Source: an uncultured delta proteobacterium
GTDB lineage: Bacteria; Desulfobacterota; Syntrophorhabdia; Syntrophorhabdales; WCHB1-27
DNA length: 64,000 nucleotides
Assembly: GCA_963810935.1 (NCBI GenBank)
Contig: CAWEPK010000008.1
Span: forward strand, 384,001 to 448,000
Direction of reading: 5' to 3'
Positions 9,590 to 20,145 of the stretch are shown here, piece after piece (the stretch's first letter is position 1; every line of letters starts with the position of its first letter). The notes beneath the pieces are model-generated. The model did not search any database and was not told the DNA's origin. It saw only the letters and a list, made by a program, of their open reading frames with translations. The position numbers were made by a program, and so were the translations under genes.

Positions 9590-11032
9590 TCACTTTTTGC
9601 GGAATAGGCGGCTGGCTATGCGTATCAGCAGGCTGCTGCGCAGCTTATCGATATGGGCCATTTTGGCGGGCTGGCGCACGACATCGGTCAGGGTCGGATA
9701 GACGTGGATAACGGAGTCGAGCTTGTGGAAAGGGATGCCGAAGGTCCTGGCAATCTGGGCCTCATGGATCAACTCGCCTGCCCGATCGCCCAGAATGTGG
9801 GCGCCCAGCAGCATGCCTTTGCGGTCGCAGATGAACTTGGCCATGCCGAACTCGTCGCCTTCAGTCTTCCCCCGGTCCGTATCGGCGAACTTCCACTTGT
9901 ATATCCGCACGCCCGTGTGTCCCGCCCTCGCCTCCTCCTCGGTGAGACCTGCGTGGGCGAACTCCGGGTCGGTAAAGGTGCACCAGATATAGTTGTCGTA
10001 TGCGGCAGTCGCCTTGAAGGGGATCAGGGCGTCGCGCGTCGCTATCCTTGCCTGGTATTCGGCCATGTGGGAGAACTGGTATGGCCCGGTCACGTCGCCG
10101 CACGTATAGATATTGCGGCCGGTCGTCCTCATGTGGCCGTCTGCCTTGATGCCTTTCTGGGTATATTCGATCCCTGCGGTCTCAAGGTCGAGCCCTTCGA
10201 TATTCGGCCTGCGGCCGACCGCGACAAGGAGCTTCTCTACTACGAGGCTCCTCCGTGCGCCGGATGCGTCTTCAAGGGCGATGTCGACCTTTTCACCGTC
10301 CCGTTTGGCGCCGACCGCCTTTGTCCCGGTAAGCAATTCGATGCCGTGGCCGACCATGCGGCCGGCCAGGAGGTCGGCAAGCTCGACGTCCTCCCTGGCC
10401 AGTATCCGGTTACCCGCCTCGATAACCGTTACCGCCGTCCCAAGGTAGGCGAACGCCTGGGCCATCTCCATGCCGATGGGACCGGCGCCGAGGACGGCCA
10501 TCGAGGCAGGCAGCCCGTCGAGGCCAAAGAGCGTCTCGTTCGTAAGATAGGGTACTGCATCGATGCCTGGGATGGCGGGCACGAGCGGAGAGGAGCCGGT
10601 GCAAACGATAAAGCTGCGGGCGGAGACAACGCGCTTATCCAGCCCGATGTGGTGTCTGTCAAGGAAGCGGGGAGAACCTATGATAAGCTCTATGCCGAGG
10701 CGCTCCAACACCTCCGGGCTGTGGCCCCGGTAGACCCTCTCGATAATCGAGCGCACCCTGGGGAAAACGCCGTCCGTCGTATAGGGCGAGGCCGGCGGCG
10801 CGCCCCGTGCGGCGAAACCCAGCCCCACCGCCTCCGGGTCCCCCATCTGTCTGTAGACCCTGGCTGTCTTTATGAGCGCCTTGCTGGGGACACAACCATA
10901 AAGGGTGCACTCCCCGCCCAGCCTGCTTTTTTCGACGATGGCGACTTTCTTGCCCAGGCCCGCGCCCAGCTTCGACGCGACGAGCCCCGCGGCCCCGCCC
11001 CCGATCACCACAAGGTCATAATCGTAACCCAC
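9590..11032 (-). CDS. pyridine nucleotide-disulfide oxidoreductase (dihydrolipoamide dehydrogenase/MerA-like)
   Basis: GGGAAG, GGECTLYGCVPSK, GAGPIG, HVYPT; no MerA C-terminal Cys pair. Confidence 0.85.
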   Translation of the reverse strand: MGYDYDLVVIGGGAAGLVASKLGAGLGKKVAIVEKSRLGGECTLYGCVPSKALIKTARVYRQMGDPEAVGLGFAARGAPPASPYTTDGVFPRVRSIIERVYRGHSPEVLERLGIELIIGSPRFLDRHHIGLDKRVVSARSFIVCTGSSPLVPAIPGIDAVPYLTNETLFGLDGLPASMAVLGAGPIGMEMAQAFAYLGTAVTVIEAGNRILAREDVELADLLAGRMVGHGIELLTGTKAVGAKRDGEKVDIALEDASGARRSLVVEKLLVAVGRRPNIEGLDLETAGIEYTQKGIKADGHMRTTGRNIYTCGDVTGPYQFSHMAEYQARIATRDALIPFKATAAYDNYIWCTFTDPEFAHAGLTEEEARAGHTGVRIYKWKFADTDRGKTEGDEFGMAKFICDRKGMLLGAHILGDRAGELIHEAQIARTFGIPFHKLDSVIHVYPTLTDVVRQPAKMAHIDKLRSSLLIRIASRLFRKK

Positions 11033-11096
11033 AGGCCCTCCGAAAAAACAGGCGCAGCGATTTCATCGCCCCCTTGCTCGGGCCCCCCGAGCCCGG

Positions 11097-13004
11097 TCAG
11101 GCGGTCTTTAACCCTTCCGTCATCAGGTCGGCCACAGCAGAGGCAAAGGCCGCCGGGTCTTTAGGCCTCGACCCTTCTATAAGGAGCGCCTGGTCATACA
11201 GGAGCCTCGCGTAACGGTGCAGCAAGGGGCTCTCCTTGTCCTTATCGAACAGGCCGTTCATCGCGGCAAAGAGCGGGTGGTCGCCGTTGATCTCGAGTAT
11301 CCTCTTGTTGTCCGGCACGCTCTGGCCCATGGCCTTCATCATCCTCTCCATTTGCGGGTTGATGCCGCCTTCTTCCCCGACGAGGAGGCACGCCGAGTCC
11401 TTCAGCCTGCCCGACAAGCGCACGTCCTTCACGTCGTCGGCCAGCTCTTCCTTGATGAGATCGATAAGCTTCCGGTATTTGCTGCTCGCCTTTTCCTTTT
11501 CCTCCCGCTCCGATTTGTCGAGCTCGATATCGCCCGCTATGACCGATCTCAACTGCTTGTCTTTATACGAAAAACCTGACATGACGAAGTTGTCCACCTC
11601 GTCCGGCATGATGAGGACCTCGAAATCCTTCGCCCGGAACGCCTCCAGGTAGGGCGATTTCACCGCCTCTTCGAAAGACGTCGCAGGCATGTAATAGATA
11701 AATTCCTGCCCATCCTTCATGCCGTCCAGGTATTCCTGAAGCGTCCTCAGATCGTCCTTCCCACCCTTGGTAGAGGGAAAGAAAAGCAGGTCGGCTATGG
11801 CATCCTTCCTAGTGAAGTCGTAATAAATACCTTCCTTCAGGACTGCGCCGAACTGCCTGTAGAAAGAGAGGTACTTCTCCGGCTCGTCCTTCTTCATGTC
11901 GGCCAGCGTATCGAGCGTCTTCTTCACGATGCTGTTCCTGATGATCTCTACCTGTCTGTTGTTTTGCAGCATCTCGCGCGATATGTTGAGGGGAAGGTCC
12001 GAAGAATCGACGATACCCCGTACAAACCTCAGATACGGCGGCAGCAGCGCCTCGCAGTGCTCCATGATCCGCACCCGCTTCACGTAAAGCGTCGGCCCCA
12101 TCTTGTACTCTTTCCAGAATATGTCGAACGGCGGTTTGGAGGGGATGTAAAGCAGGCCGGTAAACTCGGATGTACCCTCGGCCTTGTAATGTATCACCTC
12201 GACCGGGTCTTCGGTGTCGTGCGATATGTGCTTGTAGAACTGGTTGTATTCCTCGGGCGTAATCTCCGATTTATCGCGCAGCCAGACGGCTTTCCGCGAG
12301 TTGAGGGTTACGTCCTCCTTCAGCTTTACCGTCTTCGACTTGTCCAGCTCGCTCGGCCTCTCCCTCTCGACCTCCATCACGACGGGGTGTTCGATAAAAT
12401 CGGAATAGCGATGGACGACATCCCTTATCTCCCATTCATCGAGGTACTGCTTCTCGTCTTCCCGGAGGTGAAGCGTGACGTCCGTACCCTTCCCTTTCTT
12501 CTCCGCCTCTTCGAAAGTGAAGCTGCCGTCACCGGTCGATTCCCACCTGACGCCCATAGAGCCGCCCGAGCCCGCCTTCCGGGAAAGGACCGTAATCCGG
12601 TCGGCCACCATAAAAGACGAATAAAAACCCACCCCGAACTGGCCTATCAACTCGGGATTGTCCTTAACGTCCTTTCCTTGGAGGGCCTGGATAAACTCCC
12701 GGGTGCCGGAGCGCGCTATGGTGCCGAGGGCCTCAACCGCCTCGTCTTTCGTCATGCCTATTCCGTTGTCGCTAACTGTCAGCGTGCCTTTTTCCTTGTC
12801 CGCCGTTATGCGGATCGTCCACTCCCCGTCGTCCTCCTGGACTGCCGCGTTCGTCAGCGACTCGTATCTGGCACGGTCTATCGCGTCCGACGCGTTGGAG
12901 ATCAGCTCCCTTAAAAAGACCTCTTTGTTCGAATAGAGGGAATGTATCATAAGATCGAGAAGCTGCTTGATCTCGGTCTTGAACTCCCGTTTCTCCCCGC
13001 TCAT
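11097..13004 (-). CDS. htpG: molecular chaperone HtpG (Hsp90)
   Basis: YSNKEVFLRELISNASDA, DNGIGM, IGQFGVGFYS, DLPLNISRE. Confidence 0.97.
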   Translation of the reverse strand: MSGEKREFKTEIKQLLDLMIHSLYSNKEVFLRELISNASDAIDRARYESLTNAAVQEDDGEWTIRITADKEKGTLTVSDNGIGMTKDEAVEALGTIARSGTREFIQALQGKDVKDNPELIGQFGVGFYSSFMVADRITVLSRKAGSGGSMGVRWESTGDGSFTFEEAEKKGKGTDVTLHLREDEKQYLDEWEIRDVVHRYSDFIEHPVVMEVERERPSELDKSKTVKLKEDVTLNSRKAVWLRDKSEITPEEYNQFYKHISHDTEDPVEVIHYKAEGTSEFTGLLYIPSKPPFDIFWKEYKMGPTLYVKRVRIMEHCEALLPPYLRFVRGIVDSSDLPLNISREMLQNNRQVEIIRNSIVKKTLDTLADMKKDEPEKYLSFYRQFGAVLKEGIYYDFTRKDAIADLLFFPSTKGGKDDLRTLQEYLDGMKDGQEFIYYMPATSFEEAVKSPYLEAFRAKDFEVLIMPDEVDNFVMSGFSYKDKQLRSVIAGDIELDKSEREEKEKASSKYRKLIDLIKEELADDVKDVRLSGRLKDSACLLVGEEGGINPQMERMMKAMGQSVPDNKRILEINGDHPLFAAMNGLFDKDKESPLLHRYARLLYDQALLIEGSRPKDPAAFASAVADLMTEGLKTA

Positions 13005-13078
13005 CTATCTGCCTCCTCGTTCATATTTTTCGGAAAAATGCGGCTTTAGCCGGACTTCCCGGCCGGTCATCACTAACT

Positions 13079-13107
13079 AATATAACGAAGAAACCCCCGG
13101 CAGGCAA
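13079..13107 (-). promoter_or_regulatory. candidate htpG promoter
   Basis: TTGCCT-N17-TATATT on the minus strand. Confidence 0.45.
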
Positions 13108-13277
13108 GTTGGCCCTGTTAAGGCGACCGGCAGATTGAGCAGGGTAACGAAAGGTCGTTTATTGCAGCGGGCGGCCTCTCACACGGCCCGCCCATGATAA
13201 AAGCAGGACCGGTCCCCCCATCAGATAGTGGGGGGAAGGGGGACCGGCCTCCCGTCTTGCAGGTTTTGCGATTACTG

Positions 13278-13481
13278 TCAGGAAAAGAACGGCATGCGAT
13301 CGACCACTTCCAGCTCCTTCAGATACTCCCGCAACTGGTCGGCCCCATCGCCGGCGAAATCTATACTGCCGGACCCGTTGAAGAATATCCTTACGCCGTG
13401 GTCTTCGCCGTGGTCTAAGTCGATGTAATCAACGTTATCCATGTTGAAAAGCTTCTCTTTAACTTGCATGAATTTGGCCAC
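13278..13481 (-). CDS. small acidic hypothetical protein (67 aa)
   Basis: GGAGG SD before GTG, protein-like composition, downstream hairpin at ~13203-13252. Confidence 0.65.
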   Translation of the reverse strand: MAKFMQVKEKLFNMDNVDYIDLDHGEDHGVRIFFNGSGSIDFAGDGADQLREYLKELEVVDRMPFFS

Positions 13482-13629
13482 TTTCGCCTCCCTGGTCGTT
13501 ATTTTGTTCTATAATTAAGTATAATAGCGCCGTGCCGGTCTGTCATGGCGGCCACATAAAGAATCGCCGGAAAGTGCACTGCCGGAAGGAGACGTGCGCT
13601 TTTCGGGCGCGCATTCGGTTGGAGGCCAC

Positions 13630-14343
13630 GTGGATAACTATAATGGAAGCGACATAGACGAGACGACGGGCGAAAGGCGGGACCTCTACGAGCTGCTTGT
13701 CTTTCTCTTTCTGATATTTCCGGCGCTCTTGCTCCCCTATCTCGCCGCCGCCCGCATCCCTGCGAATTTCACCTTCACTGCGGGCGGGACGATAATCCAT
13801 AACCTGGCTTACCTGTGTCTCATAGCCTATTTCCTTTGGAGAAACGGGGAGTCGAGGGAACGCATCGGCTGGGTAGGCGGCCGGATAGGGAGGGAGATGA
13901 TCATAGGCTTCTGGCTCTTCCTGGTCATGTCTATTACGGCCACTCTTATCCAGCACGCCATACAGGCGGCCGGTATAACGCTGCCGGCCCACCCGGTGCC
14001 CTCTTCCCTTATTGCCCGCACGCCTGCGGGCTATGTCCTTACTTTCATACTGGTGGTCGTCGTGGCCGTGTCCGAAGAGACGATCTTCAGGGGATACCTG
14101 ATACTGCGGCTGGCAACGGTGACGCGCAGCCGGGCTGCGGCGGTGCTCATCTCCACGGCCATCTTTTCGCTGGGACACGGCTACGAAGGCGCGCTCGGCG
14201 TCGTGGCCGTCTTTTTCATAGGGTTGTATCTCGCTTTAGTCTACCTGTGGAGGGGAAGCCTGGTGGCGTCTATGACGATACATTTCCTGCAGGACTTCGT
14301 GGGGCTCTTCGGGGCAGCCCTCTCGAAGCAACTGAACGGGTAG
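13630..14343 (+). CDS. CPBP/CAAX-family intramembrane metalloprotease
   Basis: EETIFRG, FSLGHGY and IHFLQD motifs; several TM segments; start uncertain. Confidence 0.85.
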   Translation: MDNYNGSDIDETTGERRDLYELLVFLFLIFPALLLPYLAAARIPANFTFTAGGTIIHNLAYLCLIAYFLWRNGESRERIGWVGGRIGREMIIGFWLFLVMSITATLIQHAIQAAGITLPAHPVPSSLIARTPAGYVLTFILVVVVAVSEETIFRGYLILRLATVTRSRAAAVLISTAIFSLGHGYEGALGVVAVFFIGLYLALVYLWRGSLVASMTIHFLQDFVGLFGAALSKQLNG

Positions 14344-14363
14344 CCTGTTTCGCAAAACCGGGA

Positions 14364-14711
14364 TCAGCCCTTCTTGCGCAGCTCCAGATCCACTTCGCCA
14401 GCGAATGTCTCGGCCAGCTTTGCCTGGAGGCTGTCGAAGGCGGCCTGCTCTTCGAGCTCGACGACAAGCTCGCTCTCGTCAAGGACCTTGAGGCGACCGT
14501 ATTGCCTGACGATCTCAATCACCTTGTCAGGCTCGGTCGTAACCCAGCCCTTCATGCGCCGCAGCAGCTCCTCGCCGTTGAAAGGCCGCTCGATGGTCAG
14601 ATCGACCCTGCGCCCTTTGGCCTCCCAGCCGACGATGGCGGATGCGACCAGGGTTGGAGTGACAGGGTCATGCATAGCAGCACATCTGAGCCATAATTTA
14701 GCGCGTATCAT
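14364..14711 (-). CDS. hypothetical protein (115 aa)
   Basis: GGAGG SD; upstream TTGTTT-N17-TATAAT; no motif recognised. Confidence 0.65.
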   Translation of the reverse strand: MIRAKLWLRCAAMHDPVTPTLVASAIVGWEAKGRRVDLTIERPFNGEELLRRMKGWVTTEPDKVIEIVRQYGRLKVLDESELVVELEEQAAFDSLQAKLAETFAGEVDLELRKKG

Positions 14712-14853
14712 AATAATCTGTCCTCCCTATATCGTGTGCCGATCAGGATTGGATATTATAATCGGGAACGTATGGCGAAACAAGCTACATACCTTTCCCC
14801 ATTCGGAGCTTGTTGAAGGAGGCGCGCAGGGAAAACCGCCCCCCCTCTGACAT

Positions 14854-14896
14854 AAAGAAGGCCGGCCGCTCTACCCGGCCGGCCTTCTTTATTTTC
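14854..14896. terminator. intrinsic terminator, potentially bidirectional
   Basis: AAAGAAGGCCGGCCG-ctctacc-CGGCCGGCCTTCTTT-attttc. Confidence 0.75.
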
Positions 14897-14957
14897 ACCT
14901 GACCCGTACAGCAAGCGGCTCAACGCGGGACATTGCGAGGCCGCGTGCGGTAGCGAA

Positions 14958-16805
14958 TCATTTCGCGCTGCCGAAGGCGATAGGGTTCGCCGGGTCGGCG
15001 CTCCACACATAGAAGCTGCCGTCAAAGTTTCTCATTTTCTGGAACCCCATGAGGTACGCCAGGAAGAAACCGCTCGTCGAGCGCCAGCCGGTCCCGCAAT
15101 AGAAAATCGGCTCCCTGTCGGGCGTGATCCCCAGCCTTGCCCACTTGTCCCGCAGCTCTGTATAGCTCCGGAAAGTATCATCCTTCGTATTCACCAGGGT
15201 GTCCCAGTCGCCCTGCGACACGGCGCCCGGAATGCGCCCTTTCCTGGTAAAGAAAGGGTACGGGTTGGTCTTTCCCTCGAATTCCTCAAGCTTGCGCACG
15301 TCGACAAGGACGGCGGACTTGTTCAGGCCGCCCGAGACCGAGCGCACATAGTCGGGCGTCGCATTAAACTCTGGATGCAGCGGGGTCTCCGCACCGAAGC
15401 TCTTGACCGGAACGGGGTCGGCGGAAGCCTTTGCGATAGGGTAGCCCGCGGCCGACCACGCAGCGAAACCGCCGTGCAGCACCCTGACGTCCTCGACGCC
15501 CGCATACATCAGCGCCCATGCGACGCGGGTCTCTATCATCGGCACGATCCTGCCGATGCCGTATACGACAACAGTGGTATCTTTCGTAATCCCCAGGTCG
15601 GCCAAGGCAGACAATAGCCGTGCGCCCGGCAGGACCTTCGCATCGTCCGGGCCGGTGTAATCGGGATAGTATTTCGAGACGTCTTTCCCGTTCTCTACAT
15701 AGCTAGGATGGATCGACACGGCGCCGGGTATGAAGCCGCTCTCTTTCGATGAAGCCAGCCCGGAGATCGTGAAGCCCATGTAACGGACCTCGAGGATCAC
15801 ATATTTCTTGCCTGTATAGGTGGCAGGGTTCTTATTGTCGATCAGGTCCTTCACCCACGCCGGATATACGAGCTTCTCGTACCTGGCGAGCTTCTCCATG
15901 GGGAGCGAGACGTCCCGGGACCACTCGCGCATCGCGCCGTCATAGCTCGCGCAGCGAGGATATCCCATAAGTCGCAAGATAAAATAGACATTGGCGCTGC
16001 GGACGCCGCCGGCGCAGTAAGCCGCGACTTCCTTGTCGGGTGTGATGCCGCGCGACTCGAGGAGCTCTCTTATCTCCTTATACGGCAGGACGGTTCTGTC
16101 GCGGTTGTAAAAATAGAGGTAATTGATGTTGACCGCCGAAGGGATATGGCCGCCTCGCGGCTCGCCGTAAAGCTGCCAGCCGTTGAACTCCTCGGGGGTC
16201 CGCACGTCGATGAGCGCAAAGCCCTTGTCGTTCAATTTGGCCGCGATTTGCGGGGCCTGGATGGCGACGCGGTCGTTCGGGGCCGCCGTGAACCTCCCGG
16301 CCGGCGGCCTCGCGACGGCCTCTGTCTGCTTCGATCCTCCATCCGCAAGCCATTTCGGAAAACCTCCATCAAGGACATGCACATCGGCACAGCCGAGGTA
16401 CTCGAAGAGCCAGAAGAGCCACCCGGCCGTCCCGGAGGACTGGGCCGGGTCGTCGTAGATCACGAATTTCATATCCCTGCGGAGGCCGGCGGAGGTCAGT
16501 ATCTCCTCCAGCTCCCCGACGCTCCGTATCCTGTTACCCTCTCGCAGCCGGTCCCGCACCAGATTCACGGCGCCCGGGATATGAGACGCCTCGTAGCCGC
16601 TTGCCCGCGCGTCGATGACGACAAGGTCCTTCGACTCCAGATTTTGCTGGAGCCACCACGTTGAGACAAGCAAGCCCCCGTTGGGATAATCGCCGGCAGC
16701 AGAAGGTGCGGCCGGGCCTGCGTCTGTTGCCGCATACGCGGCTGCCGCGAGAACAAACGTCAACAGCAGCGCGATCGTAAGACCTGTGCAGTGCTTCACT
16801 TTCAT
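14958..16805 (-). CDS. exported multidomain rhodanese/sulfurtransferase (4 domains)
   Basis: Signal peptide (AAAAYA), HIPGA repeats, active-site loops YCAGGVRS and YCGTGWRS, YDG/FDGS..W. Confidence 0.88.
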   Translation of the reverse strand: MKVKHCTGLTIALLLTFVLAAAAYAATDAGPAAPSAAGDYPNGGLLVSTWWLQQNLESKDLVVIDARASGYEASHIPGAVNLVRDRLREGNRIRSVGELEEILTSAGLRRDMKFVIYDDPAQSSGTAGWLFWLFEYLGCADVHVLDGGFPKWLADGGSKQTEAVARPPAGRFTAAPNDRVAIQAPQIAAKLNDKGFALIDVRTPEEFNGWQLYGEPRGGHIPSAVNINYLYFYNRDRTVLPYKEIRELLESRGITPDKEVAAYCAGGVRSANVYFILRLMGYPRCASYDGAMREWSRDVSLPMEKLARYEKLVYPAWVKDLIDNKNPATYTGKKYVILEVRYMGFTISGLASSKESGFIPGAVSIHPSYVENGKDVSKYYPDYTGPDDAKVLPGARLLSALADLGITKDTTVVVYGIGRIVPMIETRVAWALMYAGVEDVRVLHGGFAAWSAAGYPIAKASADPVPVKSFGAETPLHPEFNATPDYVRSVSGGLNKSAVLVDVRKLEEFEGKTNPYPFFTRKGRIPGAVSQGDWDTLVNTKDDTFRSYTELRDKWARLGITPDREPIFYCGTGWRSTSGFFLAYLMGFQKMRNFDGSFYVWSADPANPIAFGSAK

Positions 16806-17235
16806 GGTAAATCCTCCTTGAGATAAGAAATCCGGCGCAGCATCATTCCGCGCCGTGACTCCTAAAGGAGGCGGATCAAGGATTGGGGCGGGGAGGCTGC
16901 GAACACGGTGTTGAGCGGAAGCCGCACGGGCCCCCGTATGTTCCTCAGCCCGATGGAAACAACAAATCTGCTATTCGAATCATATTCCTCTGGCCCTTTC
17001 TTGTGATACGTCATTACTAACAGAATCCCTTACCTCTGTCAAGCGGCGGTATAGGCGAAAAACCCCCAAGACTCCACGGCAAAAACTTTAACTTGGGTGT
17101 GAGGCACAGGCAGCGGAACACGCTGCCCCGGAGATGAGATTGCCCTGATCTTTGCCCTGCCCCCGGCCCGCCGTTTGACACCATAGGGCGCCCTGCGTAT
17201 AGTATGTTCGGACCGATGAAAACCAAGGAGACATT

Positions 17236-17889
17236 ATGGAGCTTTCGGAGATAATAAGAACGCGCAGGAGCATACGGGCATTCAGAAGCGAGCCTGTGCC
17301 GAGGAAGAAGATCGAGGAGTTGCTGAGCCTCGCTGTCCGGGCGCCTTCTGCTATAAACCTCCAGCCCTGGGAAATTACGGTAGTCATGAATGAGGAGCGG
17401 GAGAGGTTGAGCAAGAAGCTGCTAAAGTCGTACAGAGAGAAGAAAATCCAGTGCAGCCCCGGCAATGTCAAGCCGCTTGCGCAGGTATTTACCGCGCGCG
17501 GCGTCGCGTCCTTCGAGGGCATGAAGCCCTATCTCGACGAGGTGGGGTCCGATTTCAACACGTATATCAACGAGGGGAGCTGCAACTTTTACGGGGCGCC
17601 CGTGGCCGCCATTATCTGCATCGATAATGCCTTCTCGCAGGCCCGCCTGGTGGATATCGGGGCCCTGCTCGGCTATCTGGTGCTTGCCGCCCAGGATATG
17701 GGGCTTTCCACGTGCCCCATCGGGTTGATAACAGCCTATGAAGACGAGGTCAAAGACGCGCTCAACATCGCTGAGAACAAGGACGTGGTCATCGGGGTCG
17801 CCATCGGCTATCCCGATGAGTCGCACCCCGTAAACCGCTTCATATCGCCCAGGGACGGGATCGATGAACTGGTGCGGTGGATAGACTAA
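17236..17889 (+). CDS. nitroreductase family protein
   Basis: RRSIRAF, APSAINLQPW, GLSTC, IGYPD; upstream TTGACA-N17-TATAGT. Confidence 0.9.
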   Translation: MELSEIIRTRRSIRAFRSEPVPRKKIEELLSLAVRAPSAINLQPWEITVVMNEERERLSKKLLKSYREKKIQCSPGNVKPLAQVFTARGVASFEGMKPYLDEVGSDFNTYINEGSCNFYGAPVAAIICIDNAFSQARLVDIGALLGYLVLAAQDMGLSTCPIGLITAYEDEVKDALNIAENKDVVIGVAIGYPDESHPVNRFISPRDGIDELVRWID

Positions 17890-17944
17890 AGCCGCTCGTC
17901 GCGCCCCGGCCGGCGGCCTGAAAGGCGCTTCTTTCCGGCTGTAT

Positions 17945-19429
17945 CTACTTCTTATCCTGCAGGTGCCTCTGCAAAAGCTCGCCGAAGCTGCCGAGGCCCG
18001 CCTGGCTGTCGTCGTCCGACTTGCCGCGCGAAGTGTTACTACGATACTTCTTGAAGTCGTCCTGCGCCTGCTTGTCGGAGACCGCGCCCCGGCTCAAGGA
18101 CACCTTCCCCGTCTGCTTGTCGGAGTTTATGACTACCACCTGCATCCGCGTTCCCGGCGGGAACATGCGGCTGTGGTTGGAGCCCTTGGGCGTACCCATC
18201 TCCGAATTGGGGATCAGTCCGCTTGCGCCGCTGTCGAGCTTCAGGAAAATCCCATAGGGCATCACGCGCTCGACTACGCCTTCGAGCACCTCTCCGACCT
18301 CCGGAAGGGGCACCTGCTCTTTCGGCTGCTCCAGCGTCAGCGATATCTTCTTGTTAGCCTGGTCTACGGCCAATACCTGCGGCTCAACCCACTGGCCCAC
18401 CTCGACGATCTCTTTGGGGTGGTTGACGTGCCTTCCGGCGCCCAAGTTCGAGATATGGATCAGGCCGTCTACGCCCGGCTCCAGGTTCACGAACGCGCCG
18501 AACGGGGCAAGCCGTACGATTACTCCCTTAACCTTGGATTCTACCGTGTACCTGTCGGTAACGCCCTCCCACGGGTCCGGCTGGAGCGCCTTGAGGCTTA
18601 AGGTCAGCCGGTTCTTATCCCAGTCGAGGCCGATGATCCTTACGGTGACCTCCTGACCGACGGAGAGCACGTCCGAAGGCTTCTCGGCCCTGTCCCAGCC
18701 GATCTCGCTAGCCGGGATGAGACCGTCAATGCCGCCCAGATCGACGAACGCGCCAAAGCCCTGGACCGACCGGACTGTACCGGTCAGCTCCATGCCCGTC
18801 GTAAGCGTTTCCTTGAAGGTCTGCAGGCGCGCCTGCCGTTCCTCTTCCAGGAGCGCGCGGCGGGAAATGACTACGTTCCGCCCGTCGTTCTCGAACTCGA
18901 TGACCTTGAAGGCAAATGTCTGGCCCACGTACTGGTCGGCGTCCCTGCTCACCCGCAGGTCCATCTGGGAGAAAGGACAAAAGCACCTGACGCCGCCTAC
19001 CGATACATCGTAGCCGCCCTTTACGGCCGCCCTTACCTTACCGGTAACGGGCATGCCCGCGTTAAAGGCGTCGCGGATGCCGGCCACGTCGAGCGTGGAA
19101 TAGCCGCGTATGCGGGTGGTAAGACGCTTCGTGCCGTTCTGCACTGACAGGAAAAAGGCGTCAACCTCATCCCCCGGCTGAACGACGCACGTTCCATCTT
19201 CCTTGGTGAACTCGGAGAGACTGATGACCCCTTCGCTCTTGCCGCCAAGGTCAACATAAACCATATCGCCCGAGATGCTTATCACGGTCGTCTTGATCTT
19301 CTGCCCCGGCTCCAGCCTGCCGGGCATTCTGCTCTCCTTTTCGAAGAGGGCAGCGAAGTCCTCCTCCGGTCTGGCGACCTCGTCTATAGGGTCGTCAATC
19401 ATTCCCGTTGCCACCGTTTCTTCCGACAT
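17945..19429 (-). CDS. rpsA: 30S ribosomal protein S1-like (494 aa, about five S1 repeats)
   Basis: VDLGGKSEG, FCPFSQMD, FGAFVDLGGIDGLI, FGAFVNLEPGVDGLIHIS. Shorter than canonical S1, so possibly a paralog. Confidence 0.85.
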   Translation of the reverse strand: MSEETVATGMIDDPIDEVARPEEDFAALFEKESRMPGRLEPGQKIKTTVISISGDMVYVDLGGKSEGVISLSEFTKEDGTCVVQPGDEVDAFFLSVQNGTKRLTTRIRGYSTLDVAGIRDAFNAGMPVTGKVRAAVKGGYDVSVGGVRCFCPFSQMDLRVSRDADQYVGQTFAFKVIEFENDGRNVVISRRALLEEERQARLQTFKETLTTGMELTGTVRSVQGFGAFVDLGGIDGLIPASEIGWDRAEKPSDVLSVGQEVTVRIIGLDWDKNRLTLSLKALQPDPWEGVTDRYTVESKVKGVIVRLAPFGAFVNLEPGVDGLIHISNLGAGRHVNHPKEIVEVGQWVEPQVLAVDQANKKISLTLEQPKEQVPLPEVGEVLEGVVERVMPYGIFLKLDSGASGLIPNSEMGTPKGSNHSRMFPPGTRMQVVVINSDKQTGKVSLSRGAVSDKQAQDDFKKYRSNTSRGKSDDDSQAGLGSFGELLQRHLQDKK

Positions 19430-19617
19430 ATCTTCTGTTCCTCGCTTTCGCTATGTTTTATTGATGTATTGTGGATTCGATCAGGCGAATAGTCTACTAC
19501 CTTACACGCAGCATGTCCATAGGTGCGGCACCCTATCTTCAATTCTTTTCATAAAGGCGACTTGCAGCCTGAAACTGCCTGCGCAGGCATTGTCGGACCC
19601 ACCACGGCCCGGCGCGC

Positions 19618-20008
19618 TCATTTGAGCGGCCATTCACCCCTTTCCTTAAGCACGTCCCTGAAGACCGTAAGGGCCTCGTTCACCTTCGGCATACCGCCGT
19701 AAGGGGCAAGCTGAAAGAAGACTTCGGCAAGCTTCCTGGGGTCGCAGCCCACGTTGAGAGCCGCATTGACGTGCAGCCGCAGCTCAGACGCCGCGCCCAA
19801 GGCAGCCAGCATCGCGCAGGCGGCCATCTGCCTCTCCGGCAGCGTAAGGACGCTCCTTGAATAAAGATTGCCCGTAATGAACATGGACAGGTCGTTCGCC
19901 AGGTCCCTGTCAAACTCCTTCCACGTCAGGTAAGGCGGGTCCATCTTGATCCCTTTGCCGAACAGCTTGTTTGCCGTCTCCTGCGTTCTCTTCCTGATCC
20001 TCGTCCAT
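19618..20008 (-). CDS. carboxymuconolactone decarboxylase family protein, apparent +1 frameshift near the start
   Basis: G.LYSR.VL...ERQM, LHVNAALNVG, PYGGMP. AAGGAG-ATG at 20008 is in frame only if one G of GAGGATC is removed. Confidence 0.8.
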
Positions 20009-20145
20009 TCCGGCTCCTTCCATTAGTGTCGTGCACAGAGTTGTAGCATATGTATGCAGCCGGGTCAATTTCGCCGAGGGGGTATGTCCCTAGGGTGGGA
20101 TATTAAGACGTAAGTACTATTATGAGACTTTTAATAAGTTGTTGC

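Noticed and set aside
9590..11032. Mercuric reductase merA
   Set aside because: Lacks the C-terminal Cys-Cys pair and any mer operon context.
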